A DNA stretch of 61,530 bases, filler included, from Rhabdomonas costata (taxonomy: Eukaryota), in the NCBI GenBank assembly GCA_019059605.1. It is 9 parts of 9 records of this genome, joined end to end, with 100 filler letters (N's around TTAATTAATTAA, not from the genome) between each part and the next. Parts side by side here need not be neighbours in the genome. Positions count along the whole stretch, not along the records: positions 42,484 to 48,957 come from JAHMHO010000015.1; positions 49,058 to 55,268 come from JAHMHO010000016.1; positions 55,369 to 61,530 come from JAHMHO010000017.1; 6 more parts are not named here. One strand, 5' to 3'. Positions 48,153-61,530 of the stretch are shown here, piece by piece. The translations under genes were made by a program, and so were the position numbers. Under the pieces are notes generated by a model. That model made no database searches. It had not been told where the DNA came from and worked only from the letters and a program-made list of their open reading frames with translations. The number at the start of each line of letters is the position of its first letter. Positions within the stretch are counted from its first letter, which is position 1.

Positions 48153-48957
48153 TGCCGCCCCGCCTCAAAATCGCAGTCCCAGTAGGGTGAAGATAGAAAA
48201 GTACGAGAACTTTCTTACCTCGGACACGCCTAGACACCGACCTGCACGTCGCAGCGGAAGTTCTTTACTGCATTAACTTGTTTTGTGTTTGTTTTGCAAT
48301 AAGTTGCCATGTTCTCCCCGTGTCCAAAAACCACCTAAAAGTCCAAAAAGGCCATAACTATCACGATAGTCGTTTGCACACGTTAGGAAGGATGTAAAGA
48401 CACCACACTCCACCACATAACGGAGAATATTTCCCCCGCGGTTAAGAGTGGTGCTTTAGGTGAACTGAAAACTGCTCTTGGGTGAGTTAAGCGCGGTATT
48501 CGCCTCCCGCATTCAATACCCAGCAGAGATTCTGGGCATGCCCCAACAGTCAGGGGTGTCAATGTCCAAGGGGCAGGCAAACAGCAAACGAGTGTGCACA
48601 ACGATTGATCAACATTAGCCTCTTGGGGGATGTGACAGCTTGTTTGGAAAAACACAAATCAACGATCAACAAGAGCCATTATGGATAAAAGGACTGAAAA
48701 CTCTTCCTACCAGTACATCAGGAAATCCCGACGGACACCGAAACTTAATAGCTGAGTGGATGAGAGTTACAACAATGAAGGTCGCATTACCACGTTGGTG
48801 CTGAGGGGCATTTTCACCCCTTCCTTGCCGCAGCAGCAATCCTCAGAGCTCATCAAGTAAGCACAAACAACCAACAGCAAATACAGCTATAGAATAGCTG
48901 TATTATTTTATTATAGACAATAATGTATGCAGATTAGCAGCAGTGTGACAAAACACA

Positions 48958-49057
48958 NNNNNNNNNNNNNNNNNNNNNNNNNNNNNNNNNNNNNNNNNNN
49001 NTTAATTAATTAANNNNNNNNNNNNNNNNNNNNNNNNNNNNNNNNNNNNNNNNNNNN
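48958..49057. other. Artificial contig spacer
   Basis: N44-TTAATTAATTAA-N44. Confidence 0.99.
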
Positions 49058-49339
49058 GGGGGTGCAGGTGCCCCCTGGGAGAGGATCTGACACTTGGTAC
49101 GATATCACGCTGGGTAAAGGTTGGAGAAGGTTGGAGGGCAATTCAGGACGATGTTGCTCATGTCGACCGCGTATCGGTGATCGATGGTTGCCAGTGCTGA
49201 GCATGATGAGCACTGCTAATGTGATAACCACGGCCCTTCCTACCACTTCTCCCAACTGCAGCAAATCTTCTAGTCTTTCAAGACAAGCACCTATGAAAGG
49301 CAAAAAAAAAGCGTATGGGAAGGGCTGTGTGCTACGTAC

Positions 49340-51145
49340 CAGGTCACTACAGAGCCTTCTCGAAATAGAGAGGAGGGAGGATGGAAGTCAACCGCCCGGT
49401 ACACCATCGCCTCAAGCGGAGGCAGGGACATCAGATCATCCTGTAACAGCCGGCTCAAACCCTCCCACTTGACAAAGGCAGCACGGTTCTTTCCCGCCTC
49501 CCGCGATGCCTTGTTGAGGAGCCGATAGTAAGGAGACTCCAGCGTGTACAAGGTGAGGGCAGGATGATACCCTCCCTTGCGCATGGCGTCATTGAGAACA
49601 TATGCTGCTGTTGTGGGCATGGGCGGAGAAGTCTTTCGGGGGTCGTCGTCAGGAATCAAAGGATGGTTTACGTTCATGTGATCGGAAAAGTCGTCACTCG
49701 TGCTGCGATCGCATATGGGGCAGACCCAAAAGAAGGTCTCGCTCTCCTTCACGGCCCAATCCCAATCTATGGTAATCAGCGCGTCAGCCAAACTACGTGG
49801 CCGAACATAGTTCTCAAAGTTGTGCAGGACCCCGTCATCTATGGCCTCCAAGCCATCCTGAGTGCGGTTCTCCCGCATCAAAGGGACATTTGCAGCTGGG
49901 CAATGGCAGTCCAGTGTTCGCACCGCAGCACCCAGCGAAGAGGCCGATTTTTGCAGAGCCTTGCGCTGGGTGACGTTGAGGGTGAGCAACGGAACCATTG
50001 TGGTAGCACCATCGATGATGCCCAGCACTGCTTTCCAAAGCAACGAGACCTCGCATTGCCCGAGCTCATTTTCTTTCTGCTCCTCCTTGACGCGAGCACT
50101 GAGGTCAGTACCGCGAGTGGTGGTCTGTGGCTATTCGAAAGAGCGGCAGGTCAGGAGCCGCAACGACATGGGTGGAAAGGGTGGAAAGGAAAGTAGGTGA
50201 GGGGGAGTGGTGAAAAGTGCAGGAAGGTGCACGAGAATGAAACACAGTGGGAGAGGAAGCCAAAGTGGAATTAGAAGGTGGCGTGTAAGGTGTTTTCTCT
50301 GTACGAGATCGTAAACGGGCCACCTCGGGAGAACCATTGGCAGAGACCGAGTAGGCGGAGGATGCGCGGGTGCGATTGAGGAGGAGAAATGGAATAAAAT
50401 GTCAGCGAAGAGAACAGTTTGGAGAGCTTGGGAGGGGGGGGGTTAAAGATGACGCGATAGTCTTGCCAAGCCACGTGATGGAAGTCGAGGGAAGTCGAGG
50501 GGGAAAGCGAGTGTGATGGGTGATCAGGGGTTGGAGCAGAGGGACTGCTGGTGTGGGGACCGGGTGACTGAAACACTTCGGGGGGCCACGAACGAAGGAA
50601 AACGAGGTTAGCTAAGAAGGGAGCCAGATCCAGGAAAACGGCGGAGGTGGGACGGCGAGGTAGTCATTGCAGTTCGCTGGGGGCAACCGCAGAGGGAGGG
50701 GGCTGCCGCAGCTGAAGAGCGTGCTCGTAGCATTGCTCCAGGAGCGCAACGTGGTGCCCATCGACCACGGAGGGCAGGAGGGCGGCCAGGGTTGCGAGGA
50801 AGGGTATAATGATGGCCGGGGTGCCAGGACTCTCCAGCTGAGTCAGAGCGTCTGGGTTGATGGTTGAAGGGTACAGGGGCTGGGAGGGACGCGGGCCGCC
50901 TGAGACGGCATTGTGCTTCAGTGTCTCCACCTTCACGGAATGAGAGCAAACGAGCCCATGGGCTCAAAACCTGGACGCCTGCACCTGCCTCAGATCCGTG
51001 GTGAAGGCCACATGGGTGAAGCTGCCCCCCACCCCCAAGAAACCAAAATTGAATTAACTGTCAACGCTGCGACACCCTAATGTGTGCACGACCACCGTCC
51101 AACGAATTTCCTTAACGACATCCCCTTTCTTCCGCAATTACTCAT
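49340..51145 (-). CDS. NAD-dependent mono-ADP-ribosyltransferase (ART, R-S-E class) domain protein with a C2H2-like finger, 3'-truncated; exons 51145-51096, 51021-50985, 50930-50688, 50130-49340
   Basis: ALTLYTLESPYYRLLNKASR...W...L...LMSLP....VYRAV...GSVVTW is the first half of an ART domain. CPIC...H...H lies upstream. The three GT-AG introns join in phase; the 5' exons are less certain than the ART exon. Confidence 0.7.
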
Positions 51146-51245
51146 GACACAGTAAAGTACAAAATTCATATAATGGCAATTTTAAAACTCAAACCTTGAC
51201 TGAGCCACCAACAGTCCATTTCAGCAATTTAGTAAGACACCGCGA

Positions 51246-54824
<3,579 letters not shown>

Positions 54825-54846
54825 TGAAGCTGTTAAAACCGGGGAT

Positions 54847-55000
54847 CCTCGGCCGGTTGTGGTGCCCCTTGGCGGCTCTTTAGTATATCTTTCGCGCCGC
54901 TTCTTGCCTCACGCAGCAGAGGGTTTACGACAGCACCCACGAGGTATTTACAATAGAACCACCCATCTCTCACCCCACGCCGAACGGGGGCCAGGCAAAT
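54847..55000 (+). repeat. Dispersed intronic repeat, copy B
   Basis: Homologous to 47674-47812; lies in Hsp70 intron 4. Confidence 0.9.
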
Positions 55001-55268
55001 AGCCCCAGACCAGAAGCGCCAGAAAAAAGGCAGTGTGATGCCAAGGTGCCCAAGGTGGAGGGGGCAAACTGCGCCCGCACTAGCTGACGGGCAACCGCCC
55101 GCGCCATCGCTCGAGAAAGGGCCATCCAGATGGCTTCTTGAAGCTGCTTCCTTCCGTGCTTCCCCTGTGGGCAAGGCACGTGCCCGGGCCAGCCGGCCCA
55201 CAAACCGCTGCCCAGCCTGGTTCCCTTCCCCCGTGGTCTCGGCCCCTACGCCAGAAATCCCACAGCCC

Positions 55269-55368
55269 NNNNNNNNNNNNNNNNNNNNNNNNNNNNNNNN
55301 NNNNNNNNNNNNTTAATTAATTAANNNNNNNNNNNNNNNNNNNNNNNNNNNNNNNNNNNNNNNNNNNN
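55269..55368. other. Artificial contig spacer
   Basis: N44-TTAATTAATTAA-N44. Confidence 0.99.
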
Positions 55369-58300
55369 GGGGGGTTGGCACAAAATACACCCAGATGCTT
55401 GTCCTTGGTATGCAACCTGCAGTCCCCTTTCGGGGTTGGAGTGAAAAGCATCTGGGTGTATTTTGTGCCTGCCACCACTCATCTGGGGCCCCTGAATGCC
55501 CCATTCTTGTTCAGCGCGATTTTCGTGAACTCTTTTGCGGTGGTTCCCAACATTACCGTGGTCGGCTACCTCAGCGTCGGTGACGTGAATTTGACCGTCC
55601 CAAGAGCGACGCTGACTCCCATTTCCGTCACCCCCGCCAGCCCGCAAGTTGCGGGCCAGACCCTGGCGATTAGGTTTGTTATTCGCTCCACTTCTGCAGC
55701 AGCTGGACAGCAGCTGATTTCGATCCCCTCTCGTTCCATTCTGGGAACCTCGCTGCAGTGGTCCGCCTCTAGCAACCAGTCCTCCGCGGTTGGGTGCCTG
55801 CCCATGGGCTTGCTGATGGTGTGCAACCTGACCAGCGTGATCACCTTTTCTCCCACGACGGACACGAACCTGTGGTTGTTCTTCATCCCCAACAGTGGTG
55901 TCTTGGGTGCAATGGCTGACGATTTCGTGTACCGGGCGGAGTTTTTCGAGGACTCTTTGCTCATTCCGTCATCTTCCCTTGTGTGGATTCAGGGAGTTCT
56001 TGATCCGGCCTACGCTCCTACCAGAATCAGCCCGGACAACGTCGTTAGTGCGGGAACGATGGTCACGGCCATCTTCACTGTGACGGCCTCGGGACCCACC
56101 TCCCAGGCTCGGATCAGGCTTGGGTACAATGCTTCTGAAATCGGGCAGCCTGTTAGGTGGGGCCTGGGCGGGGACCTCTCCAACGCTACACTGTGTCTCC
56201 AGAGCATCGCCGAAGTAATCTGCAACCTTAGTGGGGTTAACTTCTCTCTTACCCCCGTGAGTGTAAGCCTGTTTTTCACTCCCAGAGTGTCTGTGTTGGG
56301 CGTGGTTCCGGCCATCCAGTGGGATGCTCCCAATTTTATTACTGTATCCGCTGGCCTTCCGATGACCCAGATTGGGGTAATCTCCGCACTTTCATCCGTT
56401 GTCTACCCCGTTTCCCCATCTGGCCTTCTGGGCAGCCCCATTACGCGAACATCCCCACGCTCGGCACTGGCGGTGCTGTGTGTCGTGCGCTCCACCGCAG
56501 AGGTCTCGAACCTGGGAATTATTCGTGTTCCCGCTTCTGCTGCCAACTCCACCGTCGGTGTCTTTTGGAGCCCGTCCACAGATGTTCGAAAACTACACCC
56601 ATGCTTGCAGCACGATGAGCTGAACGGGAATGTCAGCTATAACGGGGACTGGGTCTGCTCGGGGCTGCGCTTCTCTGCGGTGGCGGAGATGAGCTATTAC
56701 CTTTTCTTCACCACGGCCGACACTGCAGTTGGCGAGTTGTTCTCCAGCAGCCCAATTGTCATCTCTGCTCCTGGGTTCGCAGACCTGAGGTACACACCCA
56801 ATATTACCCAGTGGGGCGTTCTGGCTGCCGCGATTACCACGGCCCCTTTTGCGGTTGCAGGCCAGCGCACCAACCTGCAGATACACGTCACGTCCTCGGG
56901 ACCATCTCCGGGAATGGAGACCGCTGCATTCTCCTTCCCAGTTTCCTCTCAAACGACTCTGAAATGGTCAAGTTTCAATTCGATTGCAAAGGAGATTGGA
57001 GGGTGCGTTCCTTCTGTGCAGAGTGTTGTGTGTGACTTAAGCCGGACTATCGCTTTCACACCTGCTGGCGTCGACCTCTTCTTCTGGCTCACCCCTGACC
57101 GGGCTCTCCATGGCAACCACAACATTATGCTCTCCGCGACCTACTTTGACCCGCTAGTGCTCAACTACCCCACCCTTGGCGTCATCGATATATCGGGGCC
57201 CGCTGCCGATACTGTAGTGGCTGGTGATACCATTGCACTGCACCTGACGCTGAGTCCTGCTGGAGGTGTGGCTTCTGGGCTTGCCCTCTCTGTCCCAGCC
57301 TCCGTCACTCAAGTCTTGCAATGGGCGCCTTACACGGCGGGAAACCCATCATGGAACGGCTGCAGTACACAGAGAGGATTGCACAGTTGCTCCCTTGGAA
57401 CGGTCTCGGGCTCAGCCGATATTTTGCTTCAGCTGGTTCCCATCGGCACATACGCAGGTACTATGGGACCGGTGATCACTGTATCTGCGGTAGGCTACCA
57501 AACCACGTCATTTGATCCCTTGCTCACCGTACTGTCGCGGGTTACTTTCGCCACTCCCAGGTCGCTCATTGAGGTGCACACCGGTCAGATGCTCACGCTG
57601 CAACTGAACATATCGCTGTCGTCTTTTTCCACATCAGAGGAGCACTTGTTGATACCCGCATCATATATCACGGGCACCTTGAAGTGGGCGACCACCACCG
57701 ATGAGACTTCCTTTACGTTGCCCCTTGAACTTCAGCAGCCAGATGCATAGGTGCAATCTTAGTGCCAGTATTGCCTTCACTCCAAACAACAACCGCTCCG
57801 CTTGGTTCAAGTTTGTTCCGCTCGCCGCCGTGGCCGGGCCTTTGCCTATCCCTGTGACCTTGGAGGGGACGCTCTGGAGCACCACCATAACTCCCGTCAC
57901 TGTGGTGGTTTGGGGCGATGTCGAGATCGAAGCCCTGCCGGTCCAGATTAATCCTTGGCCTGCAGTTTCCGCCTCCTCCAGTACCATCCCAACGCTTAGC
58001 CTTTACTATGGTGTCAAGTCCACGATCAACACGACGGGCGACGACAGCATAGTCCTTGCTGCCACTGCGGTGTACACAGAGGTAGTATACTGGGGAACCT
58101 CCCTCAATTTCTCACAGGCACGGCCGTGCCCGCGGTCCTTGAACCATTTCGTGTGCTCCCTGCAGGCTGGTGGGGCTGCTTTCGTTCCCGGAAAGGTTGT
58201 GCGGCTGGCACTCTTCTTCACTCCCAACCCTGCGATTGCGGGACGCTTCACTGAGAACATCACGTTCTCAGCCAACTTTATCCACTCCTGGCACGTTCCG

Positions 58301-61300
58301 AATGTCACAGTGGTCGGAGTCCCCACGCTGCGCTCGTCCACAATCGACCTTCTTAAGTCCGGCAGTGTTGTGCAGATCCTGTATTCTGTCACTGCTTTGG
58401 GGACTTCTTTGGGAGGAGAGTTCATCCGCCTCGCAGATACCAACGTTGTTCCCAACAGCACCGTGGGCTGGAGCACCAGTGCGCAGTCTACTTTTTATGC
58501 TTGCAGTCATATCTTCCACGAGTACCGCTGCAACCTGAGTGGGGCGGTGACCTTCTCTTCAACACCATCCACAGTTGTTCTTCAATTCTTGCCAATCCCA
58601 TCGGTTGTCGGGCCAGTTAGCTTTCTCACAACCGTATCGGCGCCTTTCATGGAGGACAGCTCCGTGGCTCCCAATGCCACCATACTGGGAATACTCACAT
58701 TTGTTGGGGAGAAGTTCACGGGTCTTCAGATTTCAGGCGCCGACAACTCGGTGCAGCTGGGACAGATGGTGCAAGCTCAGCTCACGCTGACCTCATCTGC
58801 GTACTCTACAGGAGGCGAGGCGCTACTTATTCCTGCCATTTGGGTGGAGCCACTGGTGCTGCTTAGCTGGACGAATGACACGACTGCTGGCCACCTTTGT
58901 CCACTCCTTGGAAGCGCGTACGTTTGCCTGTTCAGCCGTGCGATGGTGCCATCGGTGACCTTCGACGTGTATCTTTTCTTCCGTCCGCTCCCCGCTCTTC
59001 AGCTGACGCCACTGGTGCTTAGTTTTGAGGCCGACTACTACGCCGAGATTATCCACCGAACCAACCTGCGGGTGCTCGGGAACTCCTCAATGACTTCTCC
59101 TGTCTTCACTGTGGTGGCGGAATCGCCCGTGGTGCTGCCTCTGAACATCTGCACCTCCACCTACACTTTCGGTGGGGAGCGGCTGTTTATGCCTTCCTCC
59201 CGATTCGATGGTTCTCCGGTGATTTGGAACACCCTGCCTATCGTCCCAACGGGCTCCCTTCTGAACTCCAGCCGCTGTGCAGGGGTTAGCCAGAGCTGGC
59301 TTATGTGTGACCTCAGCCCCGCGTTTGCGGATGGCAGACTATGCCATTCTCTGTGGCTGTTTTTCACTCCACTCACAACAGTGGTGGGCACTTGGAATAC
59401 CACCTTCTCCTTCGAGGCCGACGAGTTCTACCCCAGCTTTTATGCACCACCACTCACAGTGCTCGGTTTCCTGGACCCTTCCCGTGCCGTCGTACAGAGC
59501 GATCCCACGAAGCCTAATATGCTGGTTTCCCCAGTTTTACTGAGCCCGTCGCCCAGTGTGCAAGCCGGGCAGCTGCTCACTGTGCAATTCTTAGTTCGAG
59601 CCACGGGAACCTCTCGCGGGAATATCAATGTCACCTTTCCGTCAGCCAATACAACTGGGCCCGCGTACTGGTACAGCGCTAATGCGGCGGACCAGTTGAG
59701 CCAGCGTTGCTCTACCCTGGGTGGCAATGTGGTCTGTTCCATGGGAAGCTCGGTGATGTTTTCTCGCAATGTGGACACTCCGATGGTCGTGCTTTTGACA
59801 CCGTCACCTACTGCGGTTGGAGTGGTCAGTCTTGGAACATTCACCATTTCCGCGGCGGACTTCCAGAGCTCCGTGGTTTCAGTGAGTGCCAACGTTTCCG
59901 CGCTGCTGAGCGTGGTCGGATACACCGTAGCCCAACAGAGCATCGGTTCCACAATCCGCATGTCGGTTCGATATACCCCCAACCCTACCGGGAAATCCAG
60001 CGGCGGCGAGCAGATCTTCATTCCTGCTTCACTGGTTGGAAATGATACTGCCATCTCGTGGAACTCGAGTACATCGGAGCAGAGCTGCACGCTCCTGGGC
60101 TCTGCCCAAACATGCGGTCTTCCCGTGGGGTTCTTCTCTCCTGGGGCGACCGTGACTGTCAGCTTCGTGCCCCAAGAGGCAGGCTTGATTGAGATCCCAA
60201 TCACATTCGCAGCGGCGAACTTTGCCAACCTGGTGCACCATCCTCTCATCCCCGTGATCTCTGAGGTGGAAAGCTGGTGTGTACCTTCCCAGCTGAACAC
60301 AGGTGAGTCGGTAGTGGTGTCCTGCACGTACAACGCTTCCGGCTTCACCAGCACATCTGGCATCCTCCGAGTGCCGACATCAAAGGTCGCTTCTGGTTCT
60401 ATTGTGCAGTGGTCGCCCGTGAACGATACAGGCGTTTTCGCTCAAGGCTGCATTCTGTTGGTCAATGAGTATGTCTGCAGCAACGTTCCTGTGCTCAGCA
60501 CTCCGAGCGTCTTGTTCCTGAAGATTACACCTATTCCCTGGGCAGTAGGGTCGCTCGGATTCAACTTTACCCTGGAGGCACCGTTCATTGTCTCCTCCGT
60601 GGTTCTTCCCGCTGTGGTAGTCATTGGGCGTCTGCGCGTACAGACCTACTCCGTTCGGTTTGCTGCCCCCAACTCCGGCGACGAGATCGGAATGTACTAC
60701 TTGCTCACTTCGTCCGGTAATTCCACGGGGATGGAGACCGTATCTATTCCTCAGGCAGCTGTGGCCGGTATGGTGAGCTGGAGCCTCGCTACTCCCAATG
60801 CTACCAGCCACAACTGCACCCTCGGGAACGCTGTTTTCACCTGCAATCTTTCTGGGTCCCTGAATTGGCTGACGTCTGGGTCTGATTTATGGCTTTACTT
60901 CACCCCTGCTCCCACCACTGTTGGCCCGGCCAGCATCACTGTCAACTTCTCTGCACAAAACTTCAACACGCTTGTGCACAGCCCTTCGGTGATTGTCATC
61001 GGCCAGTGGTCCGTGTATGCGAGGGTCATCAGTCCCTATGCCCCAGATCCTGCCTCGGGCCTGTATCGAGTGCTCGCGGGCCAACCTGCTGTGGTGCAGT
61101 ACAGCATTTACAGCACTGGCCCCACCCTTGGGGGAGAGCTGCGGGTGCTGTCATACCCACTTCAAGGTCCAGTGACGTGGGCTCAGACGAACAACGCTTC
61201 TGTTGCCGCTCCGTGCATCCAAGGTGCTCAAGAGTTCCGATGCAATTTGTCCGCTGTGCCCTTTTCCGACTCCAATGTGGCGGACGTTTATCTGTTCTTC

Positions 61301-61530
61301 GTCCCCAGCACGACATTTATTGGGCCAATGAGCAACTTCACTGGAATGGAGCGTGACGCGATGCGGCCAAACTGGACGGTGAGTGTGCCGATCGGCGTGT
61401 TCAGCTACTTTGACCCACGCCGCAACATCTCTGATCAGCCGAATCCCTTCCTCTCCAACAACCTTCTTGCTTCCCCAACGGTGCTCCCACCTTCGGGAGT
61501 TGTGGCCGGACAGGTGGCTACGCTGCAGTA
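55369..61530 (+). CDS. Giant intronless repeat protein (>2050 aa, both ends missing) with ~16 tandem ~125-aa beta-sandwich (DUF11/Ig-like) units; one +1 frameshift at ~57718
   Basis: The ORF runs 55375-57717, then a second frame is open without a stop from 57719 to the window end (read codon by codon; absent from the ORF track). Each unit reads V.AG...G.E.h.hP...W...C-x(7-9)-C.L...hWLFF.P...G. NxS/T sequons are numerous. Confidence 0.85.

Noticed and set aside
41481-51145. PARP, NAE1 and ART genes as a clustered ADP-ribosylation/ubiquitin-like defence island
   Set aside because: They lie on three different contigs joined artificially

Overview
Eukaryotic (protist) draft-genome sequence, not one continuous locus. 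Nine unrelated contigs of about 6-8 kb are joined by artificial 100-nt spacers (N44-TTAATTAATTAA-N44), so nothing can be inferred about linkage across spacers. Genes are intron-rich and use the standard code. Recognisable genes: a Cache-type membrane receptor fragment, two intronless F-box/LRR paralogues, a small mitochondrial-type membrane protein, an O-methyltransferase, condensin II CAP-H2, a near-identical tandem pair of intronless PAS-like/zinc-ribbon/receiver proteins, an ABHD11-like hydrolase, a possible glycoside hydrolase, a tankyrase-like PARP domain, NAE1, an ART-domain protein head-to-head with an Hsp70, and a >2000-aa Ig-like repeat surface protein split by one frameshift. The strongest unexplained signal is the splicing system. 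The methyltransferase has one intron that cannot end in AG and another that cannot use its obvious GT-AG pair in frame, and both have long base-paired ends. Many ordinary GT-AG introns also carry colinear 5'/3' complementary arms with almost no donor consensus. A 26-nt sequence resembling the Euglena spliced leader precedes the intronless receiver-domain genes. Together these suggest a euglenid-like host (inference). All exon models were made by eye, without transcript data or database searches.
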